A DNA stretch of 64,000 nucleotides from Ignavibacteria bacterium (GTDB lineage Bacteria; Bacteroidota; Ignavibacteria; Ch128b). Shown here in pieces: positions 10,283 to 19,983 of the stretch (the first letter of the stretch is position 1; each line of letters starts with the position of its first letter). Location: contig JABLYA010000001.1 of the NCBI GenBank assembly GCA_013177855.1, positions 417,231 through 481,230 of the forward strand, read 5' to 3'. Position numbers and translations under genes: made by a program. The notes under the pieces were generated by a model. That model had not been told where the DNA came from, ran no database searches, and worked only from the letters and a program-made list of their open reading frames with translations.

Positions 10283-11595
10283 TTGTTTAACTCTGCTGCA
10301 ACTTTTTGTTTGTTCTTTTCAATTATTCCACCTTTTTGAGTGGCTGCAAATACAATGATATTTAAACCGAGTTGAAGTTGTCTTGTATTATCCTGTGGAC
10401 CACCAAAGCTCGATGGATTTTTCAACCAATCTCCCCAAGCACGTGAGTAACCTTTGCTTGATAATACAACTGCTAATCTACCATTGAGAAATACTCCTTC
10501 AAGATACTTGTATCTTTCAGGGACAGGTTTAAGTCTCTGAGCAGGATTTGGATTTGCTAATGCCATTCCATTAGGTCTGATGTTATCGTCACCAGCAGGA
10601 GGACCATCAAAATCTTCCCAGCTATGGTAGATAGGATGATTATTTGGAATTCTTTCAAAAACTGCATCAAAACCTAAAGCATCTTTAATTAATTGTCTTG
10701 CTTTTCGATTAAATGCACCTGATTCATAGGCAAAAGCATCATCAATGAAAAGAAATCCACCTTCTCGTAAATATTTACCGAGGTTCTGAGCTTCTTCTTT
10801 TGTATAAATTGGCTCAGCACGATATCCTATCATAAAAATAATTGGAATATTCATCAACTCTCTTGAGTCGAGGCGCACACTTCCTTTTAGAGTTACTTTA
10901 ATTTTAGTATTGTTATTGATAAAGTCAGCTAAGTTTTGAAGAGCCTGAGGAATACAATTCCATCCCGGTTGGTTATTATCTTCAACTTTACTTCCACGAT
11001 ATTCAAGCTGATAAAACTCAATAAATCCACTAACATCTTTTTTGTTCGTACCTTGCTCAATCATTCCAGAAAAGCGATCTTGAAAATTCATCCAATCGAT
11101 TAGATTATCTTTTAAGCCTGTCACTCCTCGTTTAGAAGACATTCTCGTATTTTCAACTTCCATCTGAATATTTGGTCCATAAAATTGTGCTTGTTGCGGT
11201 GACCAGGTTCTATCGACATAATCACCAGGACGACCAAGTGAAGCAAGAGCAGAACCACCGTGCGAGACAGCTGTGGTCATTGTTCTTGGCATCGTAGCCA
11301 TTCGTGATCTTTGCGGAACCATTCTTTGCATTGTTCTTTCTACTACTTTTGGAGCCTTTTGCAATTCAAGCTGTTTCTGAAGTCGTGGTGCTCTTTGAAT
11401 AAATTTCACAGTTGTAGGCGGCCGCTTAACTTCTTTTATACTCTCCACATATTTGATATTTAAGATTACAGGCAAAAAATGAATTATAAAAGAAATTAAA
11501 ATAAAAATGAGCAAATGCTTCCTGTAATAACTCAGGAACGCTTTGATCTTTTGACTTAAATTATAATCTGAAATAAAAATCGATTTGACTGACAT
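10279..11595 (-). CDS. Inner-membrane-anchored protein with TonB-like topology (TM helix, Pro/Lys/Arg-rich linker) and C-terminal DUF4159-like domain
   Basis: 438 aa. Single N-terminal TM LLIFILISFIIHFLPVILNI, linker KRPPTTVKFIQRAPRLQKQLELQKAPKVV...MVPQRSRMATMPRTM. C-terminal IIFMIGYRAEP...GGFLFIDDAF...HPIYHS...GVFLNGRLAVVLSSKGYSRAW. Sits directly downstream of exbB-exbD, where tonB normally lies. No TonB C-terminal domain motif. Confidence 0.5.
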   Translation of the reverse strand: MSVKSIFISDYNLSQKIKAFLSYYRKHLLIFILISFIIHFLPVILNIKYVESIKEVKRPPTTVKFIQRAPRLQKQLELQKAPKVVERTMQRMVPQRSRMATMPRTMTTAVSHGGSALASLGRPGDYVDRTWSPQQAQFYGPNIQMEVENTRMSSKRGVTGLKDNLIDWMNFQDRFSGMIEQGTNKKDVSGFIEFYQLEYRGSKVEDNNQPGWNCIPQALQNLADFINNNTKIKVTLKGSVRLDSRELMNIPIIFMIGYRAEPIYTKEEAQNLGKYLREGGFLFIDDAFAYESGAFNRKARQLIKDALGFDAVFERIPNNHPIYHSWEDFDGPPAGDDNIRPNGMALANPNPAQRLKPVPERYKYLEGVFLNGRLAVVLSSKGYSRAWGDWLKNPSSFGGPQDNTRQLQLGLNIIVFAATQKGGIIEKNKQKVAAELNK

Positions 11596-11605
11596 TTCAG
11601 CTCAT

Positions 11606-12019
11606 CTACTCTTTCTTTTCTTCTTCTTTATCCGTTGCTATCGCAAGCTGATCTATTCCCACAATTTTGGCTGCATCCATTACATCTACAACTATTCCGT
11701 GTGGAGTCTTTTTATCTGCTTTAATGATTAAAACTTTACTTCCAAAAATATCTTTCTGAATTCGTAACTGCTCCTCAAGATTATCAAGTGTGACAGGAGT
11801 TCCATTTAAATCCATTTCACCTTTTTCAGAAATTGTAATGCTTAAGTCTTTTTCAGGCGGTGCATCAGAAGTTGCAGCCTGTGGAAGATCAACCTTCAAT
11901 CCACTTTGAACAGCAAAAACTGTTGTAACCATAAAAAATATTAAGAGCTGAAATACGCAGTCAATCATCGGGGTCATATCAATGCCCCGTTCTTCCCAGA
12001 TTCTTTTCTTCCTTGCCAT
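11606..12019 (-). CDS. ExbD/TolR biopolymer transport protein
   Basis: 137 aa. MTPMIDCVFQLLIFFMVTTVF TM segment followed by a periplasmic domain; ExbD/TolR pattern. Confidence 0.8.
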   Translation of the reverse strand: MARKKRIWEERGIDMTPMIDCVFQLLIFFMVTTVFAVQSGLKVDLPQAATSDAPPEKDLSITISEKGEMDLNGTPVTLDNLEEQLRIQKDIFGSKVLIIKADKKTPHGIVVDVMDAAKIVGIDQLAIATDKEEEKKE

Positions 12020-12020
12020 C

Positions 12021-12890
12021 TTATTTATATCCTAAAGATTTTAAGACTTCTTCTTCAAGTTTTTTCCCTTCTTCATCTGAAATGTTCAGTTCAATTCTTT
12101 TCTGTTTTAAGAATTCTTCTTCTTCTTTATTTAGAACACCATCTCTGTAAGCAGTCTTCAGCATTTCTTTATATGTAGAAAATCTTGCAAGATCTTTTAG
12201 AATTAAATTGACAAAATGATTTGTAAATGGCTCAACATACTTAACCAATTTCATTGCTCTTCTTTTCAAAAAGCTATAACCAATAACCGACGGAATCGCA
12301 ACTATTAATCCACCCGCAGTGGTGATCAGAGCAACGGAAATACCACCCGCAACTACAGCCGGATCTCCTTTTCCACCTTTTGCGATTTCATCGAACGACA
12401 TAATCATCCCAAGAATAGTTCCAAGTAATCCGAGAAGCGTTGCCACACTTGCAATAGTATTCACAACTGGTAGAAATTCTTCAAAATATTCTTCTGCAGC
12501 TTCGTCACCTGTATCAAGAAGTTCATTTCTCATATCGAGTATTGGTCTTTTTTCCACAACCAGAAAATTAAATCTCTTCAAGACTTGAAGGAAAACATAA
12601 CCAAGCACACCTTTATTTTTCTCGCACCATTGAACTAAAGGCTCAACTGAACCGTATCTATTCAAAAGATCAGCAAGCTCTTCCAAAATTTTTTGTGCCT
12701 TATCCTCTTTTGGCACTGAGAGATATCTATAAAGTCTTTCTATTATAATTCCAAGCGAAACAATTGAAAAGAAAAGGAGCGGATACATTATGTACCAGCC
12801 GCCTTTGTTTAGAATTTCTACTAACCAGTTTTCAGTTAACCAGCTTCTTAAAGTATTTTCAGTTTGAAGAATAATTAATAATGTTCTCAA
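12021..12890 (-). CDS. MotA/TolQ/ExbB proton-channel family protein with about 80-aa acidic C-terminal extension
   Basis: 289 aa. LNKGGWYIMYPLLFFSIVSLGIIIERL N-terminal motif and LLGLLGTILGMIMSF conserved channel helix. C-terminal EEEEFLKQKRIELNISDEEGKKLEEEVLKSLGYK extension. Confidence 0.8.
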   Translation of the reverse strand: MRTLLIILQTENTLRSWLTENWLVEILNKGGWYIMYPLLFFSIVSLGIIIERLYRYLSVPKEDKAQKILEELADLLNRYGSVEPLVQWCEKNKGVLGYVFLQVLKRFNFLVVEKRPILDMRNELLDTGDEAAEEYFEEFLPVVNTIASVATLLGLLGTILGMIMSFDEIAKGGKGDPAVVAGGISVALITTAGGLIVAIPSVIGYSFLKRRAMKLVKYVEPFTNHFVNLILKDLARFSTYKEMLKTAYRDGVLNKEEEEFLKQKRIELNISDEEGKKLEEEVLKSLGYK

Positions 12891-12909
12891 GGTTAATCCT
12901 CCATTAAAA

Positions 12910-15900
12910 TTATTGACTTTCTAACCATTCTTTATGTTCCTTGGCAAATAAATATGCCGCCCTTTCATTTTCATCTTTGCTGTTTTCATAAAGTTTTATC
13001 ACTTCTTCATACCATTTTATTGCTTCTTTTTTCTTTTCAAGCATTTCATAAGATGCAGCAATATTCACTCTGCAGCCAACAGCTACACTTGCATCCGGAT
13101 ATTTTTTCAAGACCTTCATCAATTCTTCAATTGCTTTCTCGTAATTTTTTTCATCAAAGAATTTCATTGCTTTTTCGTATTCAAGGTATGAATTTATTTG
13201 GCTTAAATCATAAAGCAATTCATCAACTTCTTGAATCTTTTCATAATCAGGATATCTTTTCTTCAATTCTGAATAATAGTTTGCTGCATTCTGATAATCC
13301 TTGATGTTGTAATAATAATCTCCAATTGTGTATAGCCCGTGTGGTGCATATTCACTTTTTGGAAATCTTTGAGCTAAAATTTTAAAGGTCTCAATCATTT
13401 GATCGGGTTTTTGAAGTTCGTAATAACACCAACCTTCATTGTACATTGCAGCTGCAGCTAAATCAGATTTAGGGTAACGGCGATAAGTCAATTGATATTC
13501 CTTTATCGCTTGATCAAATTTTTTCATATTAAACATGCATTCGCCAGCGTAATATTGCATATCCGGAGCTTTAGGATCCTGTGGGTAAAGGGAAACAAAA
13601 GTTTTCATAGTGTTATATGCATTTTGCCAATCACCTATTTCATATTGTGCATAAGCTTTAAACATTATAGCGTCTTTTTTATGAATTCCATCAGGATACT
13701 GACTTAAGTAACGATTAAAAATTTTAATCGCCTGTTCGAAATCTTGATTATCATAATAAAGTGCTGCAAGCTGGAATAAAATATCCTGTATTTCTGGTGC
13801 AGTTGGAAATTTATTTGAAGCTTCAAAAAGTAAATCACCAGCTTTTTTCAGATCGCCAAGTTCTTTGTAGCTGTTAGCAAGATTAAGATAATTGACAATG
13901 ATTGTTGATGTATCGAGTCCTGGGACTGCCAGAGACTTATTAGCATATTCAATGCTTTCTTTATATCTATTACCTTCGAAATAAATTGTTGATAAAGTGG
14001 AATAGTATTTACCAATTTGAATTTGATCATTTGTTTGATTAATCAAATTTTGAAAAATCGAAACACCTTTCTCAAGTTCACCAATTTTTGCATAAGATAG
14101 AGCAAGTTTTTCATAGGCATTATCAATATTTTGAGCAAAGGCATTTTTAAATAGTTTATTATCCAGAACAAACTCCAGATCACCAATTGCGCTAGTAAAA
14201 TTTTCTACCTGATAATTTATAATTCCACGAATGTATCGAACTTGCAATGCAAAAGTTTCTCGTTTTTCAAATATGGTTGTGTCAGATAATATTTTGTTTA
14301 AGTAATCGAGCGCAGAATTATAGTCACCTTTATTAATGTAAAGATCTGCAAAATTAAAGTAGATATCATTAATGATATTTAAACTATCTTTTCTCTCTTC
14401 AGTAATCTTTAGAACATTTTGCAAAAATTTCTCACCAGTATCGAATTCAGAACGAGCAGAATAAATTTTGCAAATTTTATTAACTGCCCCTGGATAATAA
14501 GGTGAATAGAAATTAATATTTTCAAAAGTTGCAATTGCTTCATCGTAGCGTTTGCTGTCCGCTAAAGTTATTAAGCGATAATAATATGCTTCGCTTGTAT
14601 CAATTTTCTTTTTTGTATCAGGATTATTTAAGATTTCATCAATCGTTTCAAGGGCTGAGGTATAATCACCAAGTTTATATAAAGTAAATCCAAGCTGAAT
14701 TTTTGCATTTATAGTTTCATCATGAGTTGGAAAGTTTCTAATCAAAGTTTCCAGGGTTTTTCTTGCAGCTTCATAATCACCGGCAAAATTTTGAGAGGAA
14801 GCTTTTATATTAAAAACTGTCGGAACTAAATCTGAATATGCGTATTTAGTAATGAATGAGTCACAATGAGCAATCGCATTTTGAAATTCTTTTGCATTAT
14901 AATAATTAAGAATTACTGCAAGTTTTGCTTTATCAACACTAAAATCTATTGCATCAGCCACAGATTCATAGCTATAAATGTAAATGTCATATTCTTCAGC
15001 TGCTTTTGAAAACATCCTTGCATTTTGATAGGTCTCTGCAATTTTGAATTGAAATTTTGCCTGCAATTTTTTGTTCTGAAAATTCTGATCAATTGCATCA
15101 CGATAAACGGCAATGGCTTCCTGCAAGCCTTTAGCTTCGAGAGTGTAATCAGCAATTTTTATCCAGGCTACCTCCTGCAAACTCGGAATTAGAGTAAATG
15201 TTGTAATGATTTTTCTGTAATAGGAAATTGCAAGATCATAATTATTTAATTTCCGATAGGCGTCACCGATTTTGATATACGCTTTAGCTACAAGCTCTAA
15301 ATCTGTAGTTTCTACATCCCTGCCTTCTGTAACTTCAAAAAGTCTTCTCTCTTTTTCAGCTTTAAGTTCAATTTTTTCCCAATCTTTTTTTGTAAAAATT
15401 TCAGGTTGAAATTTGTTGATTAATTCTAACCAGTGTTCAAGCGCTAAATCATAATTCCCCATATCGAAATAATTCTGAGCAATTTGATACAAAGCTCGTG
15501 CGTAATATTCTGTATTTGGATATTTCTCTAACAGCTTGTGGAAAAGGATTGATGAACTATCGAGTTTATTAGTTTCTCTATATGCCCAGCCTATGTCGTA
15601 AAGGGCCTGTTCAGATTTTTTATCATTTGGGAATTTTATAAAAAGTTTAAATGCTTCTTCAATTGCTTCATCATATCGACCAAGCTTATAATAAATATCG
15701 TAAATCTGAAATTGTGCTAAAGCAGCAAGTTTTGGTTCATCTTTTCTCAGCGAGACAATTCTAAAATAGTGAATCGCAGAATCGGAGTAATTCATTTGTT
15801 TAAATGCATTACCTTTCATATATGCAGCAGCTGCTCGAACACTTATAATAAACTCGTTATTGAGAATTCCAACTTTAATTGAATCTTCATCAACAAATTT

Positions 15901-16068
15901 GCTTTCAGTATACAAAATATAATCATACATTCGTATCGCATTTTTATAGTCTCGTGAGACAAAATAATTTTGTCCCGCCTGGAACGCATTTTTGAATTCC
16001 TGCGGTGTTGGAATAAAATAACTAACTATTGTTGCGATTACAAAAAAAATCAACTGCCACATATTCAA
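12910..16068 (-). CDS. Tetratricopeptide-repeat protein, N-terminally membrane anchored
   Basis: 1052 aa. N-terminal hydrophobic helix WQLIFFVIATIVSYFIP. More than 20 TPR-like repeats with the A/Y/G periodicity throughout. Zero-nt gap to the upstream gene. Confidence 0.75.
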   Translation of the reverse strand: MNMWQLIFFVIATIVSYFIPTPQEFKNAFQAGQNYFVSRDYKNAIRMYDYILYTESKFVDEDSIKVGILNNEFIISVRAAAAYMKGNAFKQMNYSDSAIHYFRIVSLRKDEPKLAALAQFQIYDIYYKLGRYDEAIEEAFKLFIKFPNDKKSEQALYDIGWAYRETNKLDSSSILFHKLLEKYPNTEYYARALYQIAQNYFDMGNYDLALEHWLELINKFQPEIFTKKDWEKIELKAEKERRLFEVTEGRDVETTDLELVAKAYIKIGDAYRKLNNYDLAISYYRKIITTFTLIPSLQEVAWIKIADYTLEAKGLQEAIAVYRDAIDQNFQNKKLQAKFQFKIAETYQNARMFSKAAEEYDIYIYSYESVADAIDFSVDKAKLAVILNYYNAKEFQNAIAHCDSFITKYAYSDLVPTVFNIKASSQNFAGDYEAARKTLETLIRNFPTHDETINAKIQLGFTLYKLGDYTSALETIDEILNNPDTKKKIDTSEAYYYRLITLADSKRYDEAIATFENINFYSPYYPGAVNKICKIYSARSEFDTGEKFLQNVLKITEERKDSLNIINDIYFNFADLYINKGDYNSALDYLNKILSDTTIFEKRETFALQVRYIRGIINYQVENFTSAIGDLEFVLDNKLFKNAFAQNIDNAYEKLALSYAKIGELEKGVSIFQNLINQTNDQIQIGKYYSTLSTIYFEGNRYKESIEYANKSLAVPGLDTSTIIVNYLNLANSYKELGDLKKAGDLLFEASNKFPTAPEIQDILFQLAALYYDNQDFEQAIKIFNRYLSQYPDGIHKKDAIMFKAYAQYEIGDWQNAYNTMKTFVSLYPQDPKAPDMQYYAGECMFNMKKFDQAIKEYQLTYRRYPKSDLAAAAMYNEGWCYYELQKPDQMIETFKILAQRFPKSEYAPHGLYTIGDYYYNIKDYQNAANYYSELKKRYPDYEKIQEVDELLYDLSQINSYLEYEKAMKFFDEKNYEKAIEELMKVLKKYPDASVAVGCRVNIAASYEMLEKKKEAIKWYEEVIKLYENSKDENERAAYLFAKEHKEWLESQ

Positions 16069-19047
16069 TTAGAAACCAGTGTAAATTGAGAAATACAAAG
16101 TTGATTCTTCACGACCTTTAAATCTGTCTTCTTCTCGCTTGAAATCTCTTGTTGTGTATTTATACCCGAAATCAATTACAATATTATAACCAGCATATTG
16201 AGATTTATTGCTCAAAGATAAAGCAATGGTTCTGCGATCTTCACTTTCAAAATCATCCTTTAAATTTCTAATTCTATAAGCGAGTGGTGAAACTCCTTTG
16301 AGAAATGTAATACCTTGCATTCCAAAATGTAATGTTGTGCTTTGAGTTAATCGATAATCCACTCTTATGATTGGAATAGTTTCCTGCATATGTTTATTGA
16401 TTACTGTAATCTTATCTCCATCTTTATTCTCAGTGAACTTTGATGATTTTTCTGTTCTTACTTTGAATTGTGGAATTACTTTCAAAGCGTTATTTAAGAA
16501 AGAAAATTCATATTCTATTTTATTAACCATTCCGAAGAAAGAAATCCTGCCTTCTACCTGATCATTCAACAATCTGCTTTCATTTGCAAATGCAAGAAGT
16601 CTATTACCTTGAGCAAATTGATGATTAAGCTGAAATCTTAAATTGTTTTCAATTCTAAGATTTGGAATTTGCGTGTAAGTTGTCCCGATATAAAGATTAT
16701 TAACTAGACTGTTTTTATATAATAAAGGATCAAGCACATAATCAGGGAATGGGTCAGCTGTTGTGATTACACCAGGGAATTGATAACAATCATTTGGAAT
16801 ATTGTCTTTAACCTGTTTCAAGACATAAAAAATTCTTAAAGAACCAAATTTGGGTGTCTCTGTGAAATAAGTCAGTTTGAAATAATTAACATAATTTTTT
16901 CCGCCTTTTAACAATCCTTCTTCTCTTAATAATCCAAATCCAATATTAAAATTTTTAATGAGTTCGAGTGTCGTAAATAAATGATAACCTTTTTGATCAG
17001 GAGTATATGGATAATCCGGCAAGATGTCGTTTTCCTGTTCGTCGATTACATCGTTATTGTTCCAATCATCTCCATAATCGAGACTTGGTGGATCGGAATA
17101 GAATGTTAAGAAATCCTGTGCATAATCTGGAATTCCATCGGCATTTTTATCATCATCAGGAATTCCATCACGATCTCTATCTTTCCCAGGAAAGATACCG
17201 GTGTCAGGTCGTCTTAAAATTGTTGCTAAACTTACCAGCTCATTTGTATTTTGACGATAACCAAGTAAGAAGAAATCACCTACTCTATTCAAAACATCTC
17301 TATTCTTGCCTCTTGAGTCAGTTGTAAATACATTGTAATGATAAAATCCATCTTCCCATCTATCATTATCATCATTGTCATCAACTAACGCATAGTATGC
17401 ACCGCCAGGAATAATTGCACCGCTGCTGGATGCGTCATAACCCAAAAAGTCGGGATAAATAGGATTTGGAATTAAATTATCAGATGGTGAGCTGTAAAAA
17501 CTATTTTCAAGTGTGTAAATATTCAATGCTGTAGTGTAAGTTCCATCAATTCTATAAATTTCTCCACCTAATGTTAATCTTCCAAGTTTCTTTTTTCCTC
17601 TCAAGAACCAGGCTTGTCCAGATATATCTTGTTCTTCTCCAGATTTACCGGTAAATCTTTTATCACGAATTATTGGATACTTGAAATGTTCTTTACTTTG
17701 ATTGAATTCACCTTCAATTTCAAATCCTTTCCAATTAAAGGTGAAATTAAATCCATAAACTTCCATACCTGTAACAAGTCCGTATGAGAAAGTTACAATT
17801 TGTTTATTTGAAGCATCTGTTACATTTCCTTCAGCTCTTCGAATTGTTCTAAATGGAGTAGGCGTTGCATAAAGTTCAGGGTCAGTGTGAGATTGAAATC
17901 TTGCGTCACCAGTGTATTCGTCAAGTCTATTTAACCAATCGTGAGCGATGTCAATTCGATAATCATTGGCAAGGATTAATTGAAATTGAACCGAAGTTGC
18001 ACCTTCAGGAATTACGAATGCGTAGGTGATGTTTTCACCATCACGACTTCCAATCTTAACTGGATAACTTGGTGGAAATGTTGAGTATCTGTCTCTGTAA
18101 TTGATATATCTTGTAAAACTTGTTGTATCAGCGCCTGCAAAGAAATCTTTTGCATTAATCCAAAAATTTCTAAAAACCCAATACTGGATTGGATCATTCA
18201 ATGTAGTTGCCGCTGAGTTTGGGACAGAGCCGTGAATATTTTTAATTGGTCTTGCAACACCATTTATGATAATCGTTGGAGGCTGATAAATAATTGGACC
18301 CGAAAGATCTCCAGGACTATCATCACTAATTCTAACAAAAATTACTCTTGGAATTGCATTTGAAACAACTCCTTTTAACGAAGACTCACGACTATCAATG
18401 CTTGCTCTTCTCTGATGCTGATTTAAATAAGTTATTCCAACTGTTAAAATATCACCAATATCAGTTTCGAAATGTCCGCCAAGAAGATATTGCGTCCAAT
18501 CTCGAATTCTTCTCACACCATCTGAATAAAAGCCCTGATCAAATCTAAATCTAATTGGATCGCTTATTCTTGAAATTAAAACGGTTCCTCTATTTTTAGC
18601 CGTTGCACCATCCCATCTGATACCATTAAATCTTGCTTTGTCGAGAGTCAAACTCGTGAATTTTGTTCTAATTGCATCACCGACCATAAGTCGAGTAGTG
18701 AACCCACCATAACTATCATTTCCAATTACAAGATTGCTGAAATAATTTTCATAATATCTGGACTTTAAAAAATTGCTCTGACCGCCAGGAATATTTTGAT
18801 CAATTGCTTGTTTTTGCTGTTCATTAAACTCAATAACAGGATAACCTTCAATCAAGAAATTTCCAAAGTTGTCGAAGAATTTTTTCTTCTCAATTTTAGA
18901 GCTGTAATTCTCATAATTTCTCCCGGAAAGGTTTATGTATTTTTCTTCTTCCTTTCCGAGATTTGAAATGAATTGAGCATTTGTAATTGAAACCAAACTT
19001 AAAATCAAACTCAATGAAGTAAATATTCTTTTCAATTTAACCTCCAA
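16069..19047 (-). CDS. Large outer-membrane beta-barrel-like protein with thrombospondin type-3 calcium-binding repeats
   Basis: 992 aa. Signal peptide LSLILSLVSITNAQ. Alternating aromatic/hydrophobic beta-strand pattern and C-terminal ...LYFSIYTGF. Internal DRDRDGIPDDDKNADGIPDYAQD repeat at about 17110-17200. Confidence 0.5.
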   Translation of the reverse strand: MEVKLKRIFTSLSLILSLVSITNAQFISNLGKEEEKYINLSGRNYENYSSKIEKKKFFDNFGNFLIEGYPVIEFNEQQKQAIDQNIPGGQSNFLKSRYYENYFSNLVIGNDSYGGFTTRLMVGDAIRTKFTSLTLDKARFNGIRWDGATAKNRGTVLISRISDPIRFRFDQGFYSDGVRRIRDWTQYLLGGHFETDIGDILTVGITYLNQHQRRASIDSRESSLKGVVSNAIPRVIFVRISDDSPGDLSGPIIYQPPTIIINGVARPIKNIHGSVPNSAATTLNDPIQYWVFRNFWINAKDFFAGADTTSFTRYINYRDRYSTFPPSYPVKIGSRDGENITYAFVIPEGATSVQFQLILANDYRIDIAHDWLNRLDEYTGDARFQSHTDPELYATPTPFRTIRRAEGNVTDASNKQIVTFSYGLVTGMEVYGFNFTFNWKGFEIEGEFNQSKEHFKYPIIRDKRFTGKSGEEQDISGQAWFLRGKKKLGRLTLGGEIYRIDGTYTTALNIYTLENSFYSSPSDNLIPNPIYPDFLGYDASSSGAIIPGGAYYALVDDNDDNDRWEDGFYHYNVFTTDSRGKNRDVLNRVGDFFLLGYRQNTNELVSLATILRRPDTGIFPGKDRDRDGIPDDDKNADGIPDYAQDFLTFYSDPPSLDYGDDWNNNDVIDEQENDILPDYPYTPDQKGYHLFTTLELIKNFNIGFGLLREEGLLKGGKNYVNYFKLTYFTETPKFGSLRIFYVLKQVKDNIPNDCYQFPGVITTADPFPDYVLDPLLYKNSLVNNLYIGTTYTQIPNLRIENNLRFQLNHQFAQGNRLLAFANESRLLNDQVEGRISFFGMVNKIEYEFSFLNNALKVIPQFKVRTEKSSKFTENKDGDKITVINKHMQETIPIIRVDYRLTQSTTLHFGMQGITFLKGVSPLAYRIRNLKDDFESEDRRTIALSLSNKSQYAGYNIVIDFGYKYTTRDFKREEDRFKGREESTLYFSIYTGF

Positions 19048-19060
19048 AGGTTTTCATCAA

Positions 19061-19969
19061 TTAAAATTGATATGTAAGGGATATTTTATGACCACCGCTA
19101 AGACCAGTAATTTGAATATGATTTGAATATGCATAATCAATCTTTAATCTATTAACAAAAACTCCAAAACCTCCATTTAAGGAATTCTGCTTGAATGGAC
19201 TCTCATTCACGATACCATTGTATCCTCCTCTCAAAAACAATCCGGATTCAACACCATAAACTTTTGATTTCATTGCAAGGAATTCAGCGCCGAATTTTAT
19301 CAATAAATTTTCTTCTTCTTTAATTCCGTCAATTGCAAATAAATATTCATAAGTTGGTGAATAATAAGAAATTCCAAAAGCTAATTTCATTGGTAACTTT
19401 GCATCATCTGAACCATTAATTGAGATACTTGGTTGAGTTATATCTTGAGCAGCAGCACCAAATTTTAATACTCCATTTCCAAACACTTGATAAATTGAAT
19501 AAAAAACTCCAGCATCAAAAGTAAATCCAAGATAACTTTTTGCTTCTTCGCCCGGTGCAGCTTGAGCACTCCATCCTAGTAATTTAAAACTTCCGCCTAA
19601 TCCAAAATTGCCAATGTCTTTTGCATAACTTAAGATCAGAGTATTTTCTTGCCAGGCACCTGCTTTCAAATGAGTTAATCCTGCACCAAGGTCTCCGAAT
19701 TTCCACAAAGGCACTGTGGAAGAAAAAGCTAGATAATACAAATCTTCATCCAAACCAGTAAATAGTTGATTATAAGTCGAAGAGATTTCAAATCTTTTAA
19801 CATTTATTAGACCCGCAGGATTATAAAATACGGTGTAAGATGCATCACCAACTCCAGTATAAGCTCCACCTAGACCAATTATCCTGCTATGAACACCGAG
19901 ATTTTCAAATCCGCCAGCAAAGATGCTTGAGCTAATGAATACCAGAATTAAAATTAATATCTTTTTCAC
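19061..19969 (-). CDS. PorV/PorQ-family (FadL-like) T9SS outer-membrane protein
   Basis: 302 aa. Signal peptide. N-terminal SRIIGLGGAYTGVGDASYTVFYNPAGL matches the PorV/PorQ signature (...GMGGA...ADDASA.YWNPAGL). Ends ...ISLTYQF with a beta-barrel terminal Phe. Confidence 0.55.
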   Translation of the reverse strand: MKKILILILVFISSSIFAGGFENLGVHSRIIGLGGAYTGVGDASYTVFYNPAGLINVKRFEISSTYNQLFTGLDEDLYYLAFSSTVPLWKFGDLGAGLTHLKAGAWQENTLILSYAKDIGNFGLGGSFKLLGWSAQAAPGEEAKSYLGFTFDAGVFYSIYQVFGNGVLKFGAAAQDITQPSISINGSDDAKLPMKLAFGISYYSPTYEYLFAIDGIKEEENLLIKFGAEFLAMKSKVYGVESGLFLRGGYNGIVNESPFKQNSLNGGFGVFVNRLKIDYAYSNHIQITGLSGGHKISLTYQF

Positions 19970-19983
19970 TTTGACCTCAAAAA

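Noticed and set aside
12319-12588. Plus-strand shadow ORFs inside strongly supported minus-strand genes (also 12954-13304, 17007-17327, 32589-33017, 35513-35719, 52132-52578, 50410-50622, 55185-55424)
   Set aside because: Each lies antisense or out of frame within a gene with clear family motifs. All are low-complexity translations with no start context and are typical AT-rich shadow ORFs.
12910-16068. Assignment of the 1052-aa TPR protein as PorW/SprE or BatC
   Set aside because: It has no lipobox, as PorW would, and no VWA/BatA neighbours. Its position upstream of exbBD fits neither, so it is kept generic.
16069-19047. Assignment of the 992-aa barrel as PorU, SprA/Sov or a TonB-dependent receptor
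   Set aside because: No C25-peptidase catalytic motifs (PorU), far too short for SprA, and no plug-domain motifs. Left as an unclassified barrel.
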